Made by a program: the position numbers and the translations under genes. A DNA stretch of 63,951 bases, the filler included, from Choristocarpus tenellus KU-1152 (taxonomy: Eukaryota; Protista; Phaeophyceae): assembly GCA_964200185.2 (NCBI GenBank). It is 12 parts of 12 records of this genome, joined end to end, with 100 filler letters (N's around TTAATTAATTAA, not from the genome) between each part and the next. Parts side by side here need not be neighbours in the genome. Positions count along the whole stretch, not along the records: positions 51,053 to 55,546 come from CAXNAD020014303.1; positions 55,647 to 58,327 come from CAXNAD020025695.1; positions 58,428 to 61,193 come from CAXNAD020024929.1; positions 61,294 to 63,951 come from CAXNAD020025894.1; 8 more parts are not named here. One strand, written 5' to 3'. The notes below the pieces were generated by a model. The model searched no databases. It was given only the letters and a program-made list of their open reading frames with translations, and was not told where the DNA came from. Shown in pieces: positions 51,053 through 62,199 of the stretch. How positions within the stretch are numbered: the first letter of the stretch is position 1; every line of letters starts with the position of its first letter.

Positions 51053-52990
51053 CCACAGATACATTTTGCCCTCCAATCCTGCAGAATAAATGCTGGCCCT
51101 GGCACCACTATCCACTTGAGCGATGCGGCGTTCGGCCACACCATTATACTGCGGTTCCCCTGTCCTGGTTATTTCCTGTACCGCACCTATTTCCATAACC
51201 AAATCCTTAAATTCCTCACTCTGCCACTCACCCCCTGGGTCATGGCGAATATATTGGATGCGTCGCCCACTGGGGAGTACCTCAGCCCGAAACCATCGCC
51301 TAAGAGCTTTTGCTGCACAGCTTTTCTTCTGGAGTAGGCGTATCCAGGTGAATCGAGTCGCATCATCGACAATTGCCAGGGCGTACTCAGCCCCACTGAA
51401 TGATTTAACTTTCTTCGGTCCTGTGAGGTCAATAAAAATGCGAGTAAAGGGCCCTCTAGCTCGTGCAGTGGTGGATTTTGGGACAGAGTCTCCTACTCTA
51501 ATCCCTTTTGCACACCCTATGCACTTAGTTGATGTTAAATTTCCTGTCAGGATGATTCCTTGTTGTTTAGCTGTCTGTCGAAGAATTTTCTCATTCATGG
51601 TTGAGGATGCGATGAAAAACATTGATGTGCATCGATGCCGTAGAGACAGTTGCTGCGAAAGGTGTTACTTCTGGGGGTGGTTGTCTTTCTGGGTTAGCAG
51701 CGTACATGATTCCATTCCACCCAAAAACGAGTGGAAAACCTCCCCCATCATCTATCTTGTATGCATTATTAGTCAGTGTAATGGTCACTTCCTTAGCCTT
51801 ACCAGCAGAATGCACAGAGATGAGGTTGAAAGCTATCTTCGGGACAAGTGCAACAGAAGTCAACGTAACATTCACCCACTCATCGTGGCCAACATCGAAA
51901 TTCAAATCAATTTTGCCACACCATACAATAGGCAGTGATGTGCCGTCAGCCACAGTCATTTTGTGGCCTTGTGGACATGTGGTGAAATCATACATATTGG
52001 TCGAGTCATTCGTTACACTGTTAGAGGCACCCGAATCAAAACATCAAGTTTCGAGAGCATTCAAACTCACCTCAACATTGTTAGTCAGCGCGACTAACAT
52101 GGTCTTAAATTTTCTTCCTGTTCTAGCCGGTCCTCCTAATCCCGTCTCGAGCTTCCTCCTTGGCCTAGCCGGCAAATCTGATCCAGCTAGTTCTTCCGCA
52201 GCGTCCTGCGGGTTCACCCTCTGGCGATACGCGTTCCCCACTATCTTTGGTGGTCCTCCCTTATTATAGGGGCACTCAGCTTGCCCGTGGCCTTTTCTTC
52301 CGCAGCTGTAACACAGTCCTTGATGTTTATAGGAAACTGCGTGCTTTTCCAGTCTTCTGGGATGATCCTCTCCTCCCAGGGTATGTACGGTGATCAGTCG
52401 TACTCTGGCTGCCATTTAGGCCAGCCCTTCTTGTATTCCTCGCGGCTAGAGCGCCACCAGGCTCTCCGTGGTCTCCTATTTCTCGTTGGAGCGAGAAATA
52501 GCGCGAACGAGCGGCTTGCTGAATAGAAGTCCTCGAACGCTCCTCCTTATTATGGTGTTGCAGAAAATGTTTGGTAATTTGGTAGTCCTCATCCAAACAA
52601 TCCAGCATGGCGATTTCCAGGACTTGTTCGGACATTACATGCCCCATCATCGCCATCTGGCCAACCCAGTCCAACATCATGGTAAAGGTGATTTGGGGAT
52701 CAGATCCCCTTGGCATCTTGACCGTCATGACCTTCCTTTGGAGTCTACCTTCACAAACCGTTTTTTTTCAGTAATGTCCAGCATCAAAAACATCATTTTA
52801 GGTCCCACAGCACAGTATTGGTCCATTATATCTTACCCTGTCATATCCCCTAGAGTTTTTCAGATAAATTCTCATGATATCATAACCGCATATGTGTGAG
52901 CAATCTTGTGTGTGCGTGTGTTAAAGCTGCTGCTGAGCATAATCTTTCTCACACCCAAACTCCCATCCCATACCAAGAGATTGAAGACGC
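51053..52990 (-). mobile_element. Ty1/Copia gag-protease-integrase, disabled
   Basis: Zinc knuckle CYSCGRKGHGQAEC; protease (W->stop)CFDSGAS; HRILNH..CIGCAKG; integrase IDLTGP, IVDDATRFTW, HDPGGEW, PQYNGVAERRI; frameshifts. Confidence 0.95.
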
Positions 52991-53544
52991 CAACGTCTTG
53001 TATATACTGGGGTTCTTCCAGCAGCTTGATGTGTGAAATGTGCCAGATACGTGATTAGGTTGTTTCTTTTCTTCAGTGATCATTTTCAGGCCGCCCTAGT
53101 CCCGTAACTCAAGTTCTTGCTGTCAACTGTAAATAGGCACTCCCGTTCAGTGTGATGAAATACACGGCTACGTACGTACTCATCAAATACCAAATGGCTC
53201 ACCTACGTCGGTTATGCATCATTGTTCCAACCTACCTCCGCCCGCCCACAACGGTCAGAAATCTTACTTTACCTCAAACAAAGACATTTACCTCTCCTTC
53301 ACACTCCTCTCGTATCACCTCTATCCCCTCTGCCCTGACGCCTTAAGGAAGGAAGGCATGCCCTTCCGGTTGATCTACTGAATATTATTGAGATAGGCAT
53401 AAACAGTCAGAGGTACACTGCCAAGGAAATTGAACTGGTTCAATAGATCTTTAGGGCAATCCCAGAACCTCCACCAGCTGCTCACTCAATGCAGACAAAA
53501 GTTACTTGCCCCACGAAAAACTAAAGCAATAAGGGCAGCATGAA

Positions 53545-53724
53545 GACCTAAAGTATCTGGGAGGGTGGGAGGGTCTACACCAGGGTGTCCATTTGGGGCA
53601 AACCAGGAGAAGTGCACTTGCATTATCCATCCGACGAATGCAACCAAATCACACAAAAATCGCGACATTAAAAAATTGATCCCAAGTGGACAACCGCCAC
53701 CCCCCCCCCCAGATACTTTGAACC
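53545..53724. mobile_element. MITE family B, complete (180 bp), TSD TGAA
   Basis: TGAA|GACCTAAAGTATCTGGG...CCCAGATACTTTGAACC|TGAA. Confidence 0.92.
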
Positions 53725-53933
53725 TGAAGTGATTGTCATTGAATGTTGCTACGAAGCAGATCCAGAAAACAAATATTGCTTACGCAGTGTCTCCCTACAG
53801 GTGCATACCTTTGATGAGACCAATCCAGGAAAAAGATACGCGAGGTAGACTTGTCTCTCCCCTATACTCTCCTATACGTATATAACTATCCTGACACACT
53901 TTGATGTTCTACATGCCCGTTACTCCATTGTGA

Positions 53934-54961
53934 TCAGGCACAATTTTCCTGGGCCTCATTCAAGAAGTTCTGTGCCTCCATGACTTCCTGCTGGGTCCCA
54001 GGCAGCTTCTCCACATCAACTCCTGGTTTCGCTTCAATGTGCGCATCGAGGCTTTCCCAAGCTTCTGCCACCATCTCCCTGGCACCCTCCTTGTCTCCCT
54101 TCAGCATATCCAGGTAGTGTGATGCGGTACTGAATAGAACCTACGTTGGAGAGGAGGACATGCCACGGACATGCAGCCACATCTCAGGAGGAAATGTGAG
54201 GCGTGTCTCCCCTACGCATGCAGCTCTTAATTCCAATGAGAGTACCGACCTGTGTCTCTTGGTATGGAATATGTTGACCTTGGTTAAAGATTGTTTATAT
54301 TCTTCTCTTGTACAACAGGAGTACTACCACAAAAATCTTCACATGTTTCTTGAAAATACTGTACTTTTGTTACAAACTTGTAAATATAATGGATTGATTA
54401 AGCTGTGCCCATACATCAGCTGGTCTGTTGCTCGATACGCAGACATACGATCTTCCTTGTAAGGTGTTGTTTGCAATAGTAGGTTGCATTATGCCACCAT
54501 GGAAGACCTCAGCCATATACAATAATGAAACCATGTTACCCACTCTTCTTTGTGATGTTGAAGTCATTAAGTTGCTGAACAACAGATTGTCTATCCCCAG
54601 TCTGCTCTTCAATTTCGAAGCTGAAGGATTTCCCAGTCCCAAAAAATATCTACTCTGGAGCAGAATGATATGATACCAAGAGGTGTAAAAAACAAAATAT
54701 AGGAAAAGAAACCAGCATCAGGAGTAAGATACTCCTCACTGCCCAGCCTCGACAGTAAGAGTTCACATCTCCACCAAAAGGGGTCTGGAAGAGAGGTTCC
54801 TCCATGGCAAAACGTGTCAGCCTATACAGATCTCCCTGTAAGGAATATCCTGGCACCCTTTCCTCCAGCACCCTCGTTTCTGCTATTGTCTCTGTGGCAG
54901 CATACTTTGTGTCCCAGCTCCAAGGTTGCTGGAATCGGAAGGTAGTTCTGTAGCAATTCAT
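53934..54961 (-). CDS. 3' exons of an unknown protein
   Basis: Exon-like frame ...EEPLFQTPFGGDVNSYCRGWA|gtgagg and terminal exon ag|VLFSTASHYLDMLKGDKEGAREMVAEAW...EAQENCA*; no family recognised. Confidence 0.5.
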
Positions 54962-54969
54962 AATTCATT

Positions 54970-55293
54970 GAGTGAAAAGTAGATGTTGGCTGTCTGGGTC
55001 AGTATGTGGCCAACACAAGAATACAGAGTTAAGTAGTCACAGGGTACCAACTGAGAAGTAAGCTGGACTGATTTAGCAGTCGGTGTGTGTTGTCGTTGCC
55101 ATTTGTTATAGTTGCATACACACAGTGATCCTGGTGAGTGAAAAGTAGATGTCGGGTCAGTATGTGGCCAACACAAGAATACAGAGTTAAGTAGTCACAG
55201 GGTACCAACTGAGAAGTAAGCTGGACTGATTTGGCAGTCGGCGTGTGTTGTCGTTGCCATTTGATATAGTTGCATACACACAGTGATCCTGGT
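54970..55293. repeat. Near-identical tandem duplication (~160-bp unit)
   Basis: GAGTGAAAAGTAGATGT...CACAGTGATCCTGGT at 54970 and 55136. Confidence 0.93.
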
Positions 55294-55462
55294 TGGATAA
55301 CACACTACTGCGGACAACAAACCAACAAGAAATTTTCTAAGGAGATCGAAAATGCATAGTCCGGTCCTTCAGTAAGCTGGGGTATATGTTGTGCTGAGTC
55401 TATATGGTAATGATATCCTGTCTGGGCTCTTGGGTGCTAGCACGCTATGCCTGGGTTTTCTT

Positions 55463-55546
55463 GGCTCAAAGTATCTGGGGGGGGGGGGGGGGGGCGGCTG
55501 TCCCTTTGGGGGGAATATTTTCATGTTGTGATTTTGGGTGATTTGG
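55463..55546. mobile_element. MITE family B, partial (into gap)
   Basis: GGCTCAAAGTATCT followed by poly-G and GGCTGTCC. Confidence 0.85.
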
Positions 55547-55646
55547 NNNNNNNNNNNNNNNNNNNNNNNNNNNNNNNNNNNNNNNNNNNNTTAATTAATT
55601 AANNNNNNNNNNNNNNNNNNNNNNNNNNNNNNNNNNNNNNNNNNNN

Positions 55647-55773
55647 TAACGTATACATTTTACCTACTCCGAAACATTTTGGAGTAGGAAAATGTCGTTA
55701 GAAAAATCCTGAGAAGCCAAACCCCAAATGGACAAACCGGGCAAAACTTGTACCCTCTAAGATACTTTCACTC
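55647..55773. mobile_element. MITE family A, partial (from gap)
   Basis: Ends TACCCTCTAAGATACTTTCACTC. Confidence 0.9.
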
Positions 55774-56281
55774 TTATGATGGAGAGATCGGACGTTCTCT
55801 AAATCAACGAACATACGCGTATTTGGTACATTGAATTTATTATCCTCCCGAAGAGTTTGTGTTTATGTGTCCTCATACGCATGTTTTTATTGGCCCGGTG
55901 GCAACCCACATTTCATCTCCATAATATGGGCGTTCTGCCACCATCCTCTAATGTTTTTACTGCCATGCCCCAATCCTTTTTCCTCCCCTCTTTGTGTTGA
56001 TCGGACCACAGAGCAACTGACCGAAACGATACTACAAATACGTTGACGCACAAACACCTCATACTCCATACCACCATATCTTCAGCACTAATCGAGGTTT
56101 CCACGACAGATGACCTCTCTTCCACACCCAAACCAAGCGGCGGCAACCACCCAGGCTCCAAGCTTTGAACCCAACGGCAACTTCCCTGAGTCATAGTAAC
56201 ATAGTCTACACCCACTCAAGCGCCAAGCGTACATCCTAAACGCATTTTGGTCCAAAACACATAATAAAAGGATGGTGAATG

Positions 56282-56486
56282 GGGTCAAAGTATCCTAGGG
56301 GGGGTGGTTTGTGAGGGGGCGTCCGTTTCCGTCCGGACGAATTGCTCAAAAATCATAAGAATTGCTGTTCTCAGTCACGGACGATTCCCGACTGAAGACA
56401 GCAATTCCTATGATTTTTGAGCACTTCGTCCTGAAGAAAACGGACGCTCCCTCGCAAACCACCCCCTCCCCCAGATACTTTGAGCC
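56282..56486. mobile_element. Foldback MITE (family C), near-complete palindrome
   Basis: GGGTCAAAGTATC...GATACTTTGAGCC with ~95-bp complementary arms. Confidence 0.88.
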
Positions 56487-56655
56487 TACCCACATTACTG
56501 GTTATCCCATCATTTACTCTGGTTTCTCACCTTCTATTATGTGGCATGTTTGAAATAATGAAATGTAGATTGCCAGATAGCCATGTGTCTTTGCAGTCTT
56601 ACTGTAAGTAGCTACGTGGACCTCCTGTGTTGATGGTATGAGCATCACAACTTCT

Positions 56656-56812
56656 ATCCATACACTTGGAGATTCGTTAATACTGTGAACACAACCGAGG
56701 TTGTCGGACAGATGATATTCCCAACGACAACAGATCCATACACTTGGAGATTCGTTAATACTGTGAACACAACCGAGGTTGTCGGACAGATGATATTCCC
56801 AACGACAACAGA
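56656..56812. repeat. Perfect 78-bp tandem duplication
   Basis: ATCCATACACTTGGAGATTCG...CCAACGACAACAG at 56656 and 56734. Confidence 0.95.
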
Positions 56813-58107
56813 AGATTGTGACCTCCTCGACCTCTTAAATGCTGCAAGAGACTTTAAATACTCTGAAACCCACCAACAATATCCTCTTTACTCCATCACT
56901 TGCGCAAATTGGCATTGCATCTCTTGCGGTAAGCTGGATGTGACAGACCACAAGCTCTGATAGCCTCTTTCAATGCCTCACAGTGAAGTGCTTCCACCTC
57001 CCCTGAGGGTCAACCTATGCCCAACCCGACAAAAAAGTCAGAGGTCAACCCCCTCCTCCATCCACATTGGTGAGTATTATTTGAGCATCCGCAGTCTCCT
57101 ACCTACATAATCTGACTTGGACTAATCCCCTCATCAGCGAAGTAGCGTTACAAAACGTTCCGCAGCTTTCGTTCACAGGATGTGCAGCTCCAATATACAA
57201 GTCTTCAGCTGATGTCGAAACTCTAACAAGGCGTCTGCAATGTTTCGATAGCCTGATGACCAACGAAGATGGTGGTTATCAGGTTAGCAGATGAAGATGT
57301 AGTTGTTCTCAGGGCAAGTGTACGACAGTGAACCGACAAGGTGGGTGGGTGTCGCAATATCAGTCCTGAAAGGATCACGTTTTGAAGCCATTTACAACTG
57401 AAAACTATTGCTTTCATTCTCAAGTAACAGATTATATAATTTAACTATCATGAATCGAACTCTCCCTTTTTAGGTTGCCCGCACGCATTCTTACTGCTCG
57501 AACTAGTTAGAGCATGAGAAGCAGTACATACGCTAATTTCCGGTAACATGCTCCCCAGCATGAGCTAGGTATACATGTTTCACGTTTACCACAGGCGATT
57601 GTCATAGGTTAAGACAAAAAATATCGTCTATCGTCTCAATCCTTCTACAGGAGCATATTTTTGCTAACCTTGGATAGTAAGGCCAAGAAGAGTTACAAAA
57701 ATAATTTGATTCCATATTGGTTTCACAGGGACATCAGTTCAAGATTACCCAGTTGCTTCTAACAGGGATGGAGGTACCACATTATCTTGTTTCCTTTTGG
57801 GGGTGTCTCTCCAAAAGGTCACGGGATACAGAGTCAGTTCAGATTTGACCTCTGATCACGGGGCACACTTAACATTTTTTAGTGTATGGATCAAAAGTTA
57901 CAAATGTGCATCTCTGTCTCGGCCCACAATAAACGAGTCCCCGGTTCCGATCTTTCCAGATACAAATATCACCAAATATATATGTCCTCGTTCTCTTCGG
58001 GCGTGTCCGTCCTAAGGTTTTCCACGGTACAGTCACATTCAGCTCGCAATTAGCCTGATCAGAACGCACACTTTCCCTTCTGGGGGTCTGGTTCGAAAGC
58101 TACAAGG

Positions 58108-58327
58108 GAGTGAAAGTATCTTAGAGGGTACGAGTTTTTCCCTGTTAGTCCATTTGGGCCTTGGTTTCCCACGGGTTGTTAATGACAGTTACCTACTCCG
58201 AAACATTTTGGAGTAGGTAAAATGCCTACGTTATGAAACGATGTGTCCAGAACAAGGATATTGACATCTCCTAACAACCATGATAGCCAAAATTACATCA
58301 AAATTGCAACATTGGATTTTGGTCAGA
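58108..58327. mobile_element. MITE family A, partial (into gap)
   Basis: Starts GAGTGAAAGTATCTTAGAGGGTAC. Confidence 0.92.
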
Positions 58328-58427
58328 NNNNNNNNNNNNNNNNNNNNNNNNNNNNNNNNNNNNNNNNNNNNTTAATTAATTAANNNNNNNNNNNNNNNNN
58401 NNNNNNNNNNNNNNNNNNNNNNNNNNN

Positions 58428-58650
58428 CCCCCCCCCAGATACTTTGGGTCCCACCTATCGTGTTGCTGCTGCAACAGGCGAGGCATGAGAGCATATCCAT
58501 TACGAGAGATATTTTGATCCACACAGTAATAATCTCAACACCTTCACGGTAGAAAGTTTTGGGCGCCTCACTAAGCATGCAGAGAGTTTCCTTGATGAGG
58601 TGACCATCCACGTGGTTTGAGATAGAGGGTCTGGAGGATACAGTAGGAAA
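58428..58650 (+). mobile_element. MITE B end (58428-58450) abutting a CRE-like RLE fragment
   Basis: CCCAGATACTTTGGGTC, then HYERYFDPHSNNLNTFTVESFGRLTKHAESFLDEV, homologous to ~5060-5200. Confidence 0.82.
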
Positions 58651-58680
58651 GGGGCGGTCAAGACCTAGACAGGGGAGTAA

Positions 58681-59234
58681 AGCCTTCTTCAGAAGCACCC
58701 CCAGCCTTGGGGAACACCAAGTCAAACATTTCTTACTTCATTTTCAAACCATTCATCGAACCATTTTGATGCCATTGCGAGACGATTTCTTATCATTTTC
58801 GAACCATTTTGATGTGTTTTGGGGGACATTTTCAAGACAGTTTCACATATTTTTATCTGCACTCTGAACCTAACCCTAACCCTAACTCCGACCTTGTGTG
58901 TGAAAAGTATCCATAAACTTATTTTGAAGATGTGAAACAGACGACAGCGAGGGTTCCCAAGGACAGTTGGGGCTCTTGAAAACAGGGGGGTTCCCCTGTG
59001 CACTTTCAGCGATCTAATAAGTGATCTAATCATGCCTGAAAACATCCCTAATAAGAACACCAAATGTCTAAGAAACATCCCTAAACAGATGTGAAAATGT
59101 CATGAAAACTTCCCCCAAAACGCGTCAAAATGGTTCGAAAACTGTGCGAAATGGTTCCGCAATGACGTCGAAAATGAGGCGAGAAATGTTCCACTTGGTG
59201 TACCCCAAGCCTGGGGGTGCTCTAGAAGAAGGCC
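58681..59234. mobile_element. Non-autonomous DNA transposon with ~150-170-bp TIRs, PIF/Harbinger-like
   Basis: Left AGCCTTCTTCAGAAGCACCCCCAGCCTTGGGG; right CCCCAAGCCTGGGGGTGCTCTAGAAGAAGGCC; flanks TAA and TAG. Confidence 0.75.
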
Positions 59235-61293
59235 TAGTTCCCCAGTGCACATGACTCACTAAGAAAATACATTACTTGTATTATTACTGCGTAATATCAA
59301 TAGCATTACAAAAAAACCGTGTGTGTCCATTCGACCATTGATCATCAAAATACAATGTTCTTACCCTCCTCGGATTCAATTTTTCCGTCACTTGTCGTAG
59401 TAATCCAACTACGGGTCCATCTCTCGCAATAGACACCACCCCAGAATATGCCTTCCTGCCTTACGATGTCAGGCGTAGATATAGATAACCAAGCAGATGT
59501 CAGGGGAGTGTGCAATGTCCTCCTCTACTCACCCAAACACCATTTCTTCCTCCCACAGAGCAAAGTTAGAATCTGCAATAGACTAACACAGAGCTTGCAC
59601 ACCACACCTCCCATAACAATGCAATTAAGCCCTACTTTTAGTGCAATCCTTGCCTCGCCTCAGAAAGTGCAGGTAGACACTCGTCCAACCGCAAACAACT
59701 CATACAACATGCAATCACAACAAAAAACCAAGGGGGGTCTGCGTGCCCCACCAGCACCCGCCTGTTCTCCTCCCACAACTATACTGACGTACCACACATG
59801 CAGGTACAATACAGTATAAAAGTACAAAAGAATTTTTTTTTAGTAAACACAGCCAAGTTCCACCAGTAACGAAATCAAATCTTGAGTCAACCACACTGGT
59901 CACAGCAAAAACCCAATTTAAAAAAAAATACAAAAGCGAGAAACAGGAGCTGCACTAAAGTTCGCAAAGTGTACAAAGAAAAAAGAAAGTGTATGTAGTC
60001 AGCAGTAAGACGAGATAAGACCTCCACCAATCTATCAGGCCAACAAAAAGGACAACGGCACTTCTGCACCATACTGTATTGGCGACCCCTTTGAATACCA
60101 CAATTTCTTCACAACACTCCACCGCATACGCCACAAGAGGGCATACCAAAACCAAGCGCTGTATGGTGTCTATGCTCCTATCTCTTACTTCCCCTCCTCC
60201 CCCTGTCACTGTACTTCCTCCTCTTCTTCACCCGCCCCAAGGGCATTTCCATGCTTTGTCGGTTTCATTATCACGTCTACGTGCAGGCACCACTACTGAG
60301 GACACCACCACTTTGGCGTTTTCCATATTGCGGGCTGGTCCACTGGTCGATCTGTTTACATCACTGTTGCACACAGCCCACCAACACAAACCAATAGCAA
60401 TACTAGCCACAACTGCTACCCAACCATGTCTAGTACACCAAGGAATTCAGCATCTACATCTTGTCTTGCTTGTACCCTTGCTGCAACAAAAACAAAAAAA
60501 ATCGAAAAATCGGAAGTTTAAGCGAAATGACCTCAATGAAAAAACAATACAAAACACACATTCACACGTGCACAGGTTTGTAAAAAAAAAAAAATCTTGG
60601 TGTGCATGTGCTCAAAACAAAAATGAGGCAACACTGGCTCTCTTTGTCGCAATTTCCTCCGAAGATGATCATCTACACATCAAAAACAACTACCTCGAGG
60701 TCATGGAGCACCCATCCTTTCCCACACAGCCACAATACAGACACCTGGGAACTACTTCATACTATGGTAGTGCAACACTCTCATCAACATCCTCGGATCT
60801 TGAAAATGAACACACCTTGCTTCACACCAACCAACAGCTGTGTGTCATATTACTAATCACCTCTCACGCAGTCTTCCACCATCAGAGAGATAGGCGAGCA
60901 CAACCGCAAGGCAACATCCCACACACAATTCCTTCACAAAATTGCAGACACACCCCAACAGCAAGCAGCGAGCAATGCACCCCACACACACACCCCACCC
61001 ATGAACATGCAACCTGCCCTCAACATAATCCCACAAAGAAACAAAATAACCAACAAAAAAGTTGACAAACAATATACACACAAGGCATACAGTCAAGCCA
61101 GTGTACACCTGCACAGTTAAGCTATGACCTGCTCAAACACTGCTTCCTCTCCGAGCAGGTGCACGGCGCCCACCGCGCGTTACCTTCCTCCCCNNNNNNN
61201 NNNNNNNNNNNNNNNNNNNNNNNNNNNNNNNNNNNNNTTAATTAATTAANNNNNNNNNNNNNNNNNNNNNNNNNNNNNNNNNNNNNNNNNNNN

Positions 61294-61349
61294 CAAGCCC
61301 CAAATGGACAAACAGGGCAAAACTCATACCCTCTAAGATACTTTCACTC
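61294..61349. mobile_element. MITE family A end (from gap)
   Basis: CCCCAAATGGAC...TACCCTCTAAGATACTTTCACTC. Confidence 0.9.
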
Positions 61350-61623
61350 TCTTTTTGAAAATGAGTGGAGGTAGAGCATTAATGGTATGGTTGGTTTAGA
61401 GCCCCTTTTACAGTGTGGCTAGAGATACTCCCCACGCACAATGATGATAATGTGGTGACAGTAAAATGAACAGTATTGTTTTAATAATGCACAACTTACA
61501 TTCAGATCGTACACGTACAGACAGGCAGACCGACAGGCAGATAGTACAAGGTGGGTTATTGGTGTGGTAGGACGGGGAGAAGAATAAAGGTTTGCATGTA
61601 TTTTGTTTCAATATATGTCGTGT

Positions 61624-61696
61624 GCCGGGGTAGCTCAGTCGGTAGAGCGTACGACTCTTAATCGTATGGTCGTGGGTTCGAGCCCCACCTTCGGTG
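61624..61696 (+). tRNA. trnK-CTT: tRNA-Lys (anticodon CTT)
   Basis: 73-nt cloverleaf: D stem GCTC/GAGC, anticodon stem TACGA-CTCTTAA-TCGTA, T arm GTGGG-TTCGAGC-CCCAC; no encoded CCA; T8 Pol III terminator at ~61715. Confidence 0.96.
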
Positions 61697-62199
61697 AATG
61701 TATCCATCTCTTACTTTTTTTTCACATAACATTTATCTGATACCGAAATATCAAGTTATTGGCTTTCTACCTGTTTCCATACTCTGAATAATTCTATTGT
61801 CAAAGTTCTTCGAAACACGGAGACGTCTTCGTTTCTCACTTTCAACGTTATGATGTCATCTTGCGCTGATCTCCCTAAACCTGTTGTCAAAGCAACTGAG
61901 CCTAGCTATTGGCTACTCTGGTGTCTAATAATCATAACCAGCAATCCATGGTCATATACGGTAACCCAACCCCAACCCCAACAATATGTTTTTTTTTGCA
62001 AAATGTCAGAGGGCATAATAATAAAAATATTGTTTAGATGCCAAAATTCAGTAGAATACATACTATGTCAGTGCCGTAAGTCTGGGCCGCGTTGTCCATA
62101 ACGTTTGAAGATGTTTATGAAATTCATTGTTGAAAGAAAATTTCGAATCCTTGATGAATTTCTGGTTAGGGTCGACTCATTTTATTATTATTATTCCCC

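Larger units (their letters stand above)
5574..61293. other. Eleven artificial contig-joining spacers (N44-TTAATTAATTAA-N44) at 5574-5673, 9710-9809, 17157-17256, 24731-24830, 34693-34792, 40108-40207, 46272-46371, 50953-51052, 55547-55646, 58328-58427, 61194-61293
   Basis: Identical 100-nt blocks; the central 12-mer has stop codons in all six frames, typical of a pseudomolecule linker. Confidence 0.97.

Noticed and set aside
51123-52899. Long plus-strand ORFs (271, 215, 143 aa)
   Set aside because: Antisense shadows of the Copia polyprotein.
60079-61065. 328-aa plus-strand ORF
   Set aside because: Crosses poly-A and CA-rich tracts, is Thr/His/Gln-biased and has no motifs; probably a chance frame.
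5618-61249. Recurrent TTAATTAATTAA palindrome as a biological motif
   Set aside because: Always centred in identical N blocks; it is an assembly linker.
61624-62025. tRNA-derived SINE with a CRE tail
   Set aside because: The tRNA is intact with its own T8 terminator, and the CRE-like tail is ~280 bp away with no second copy of the combination.
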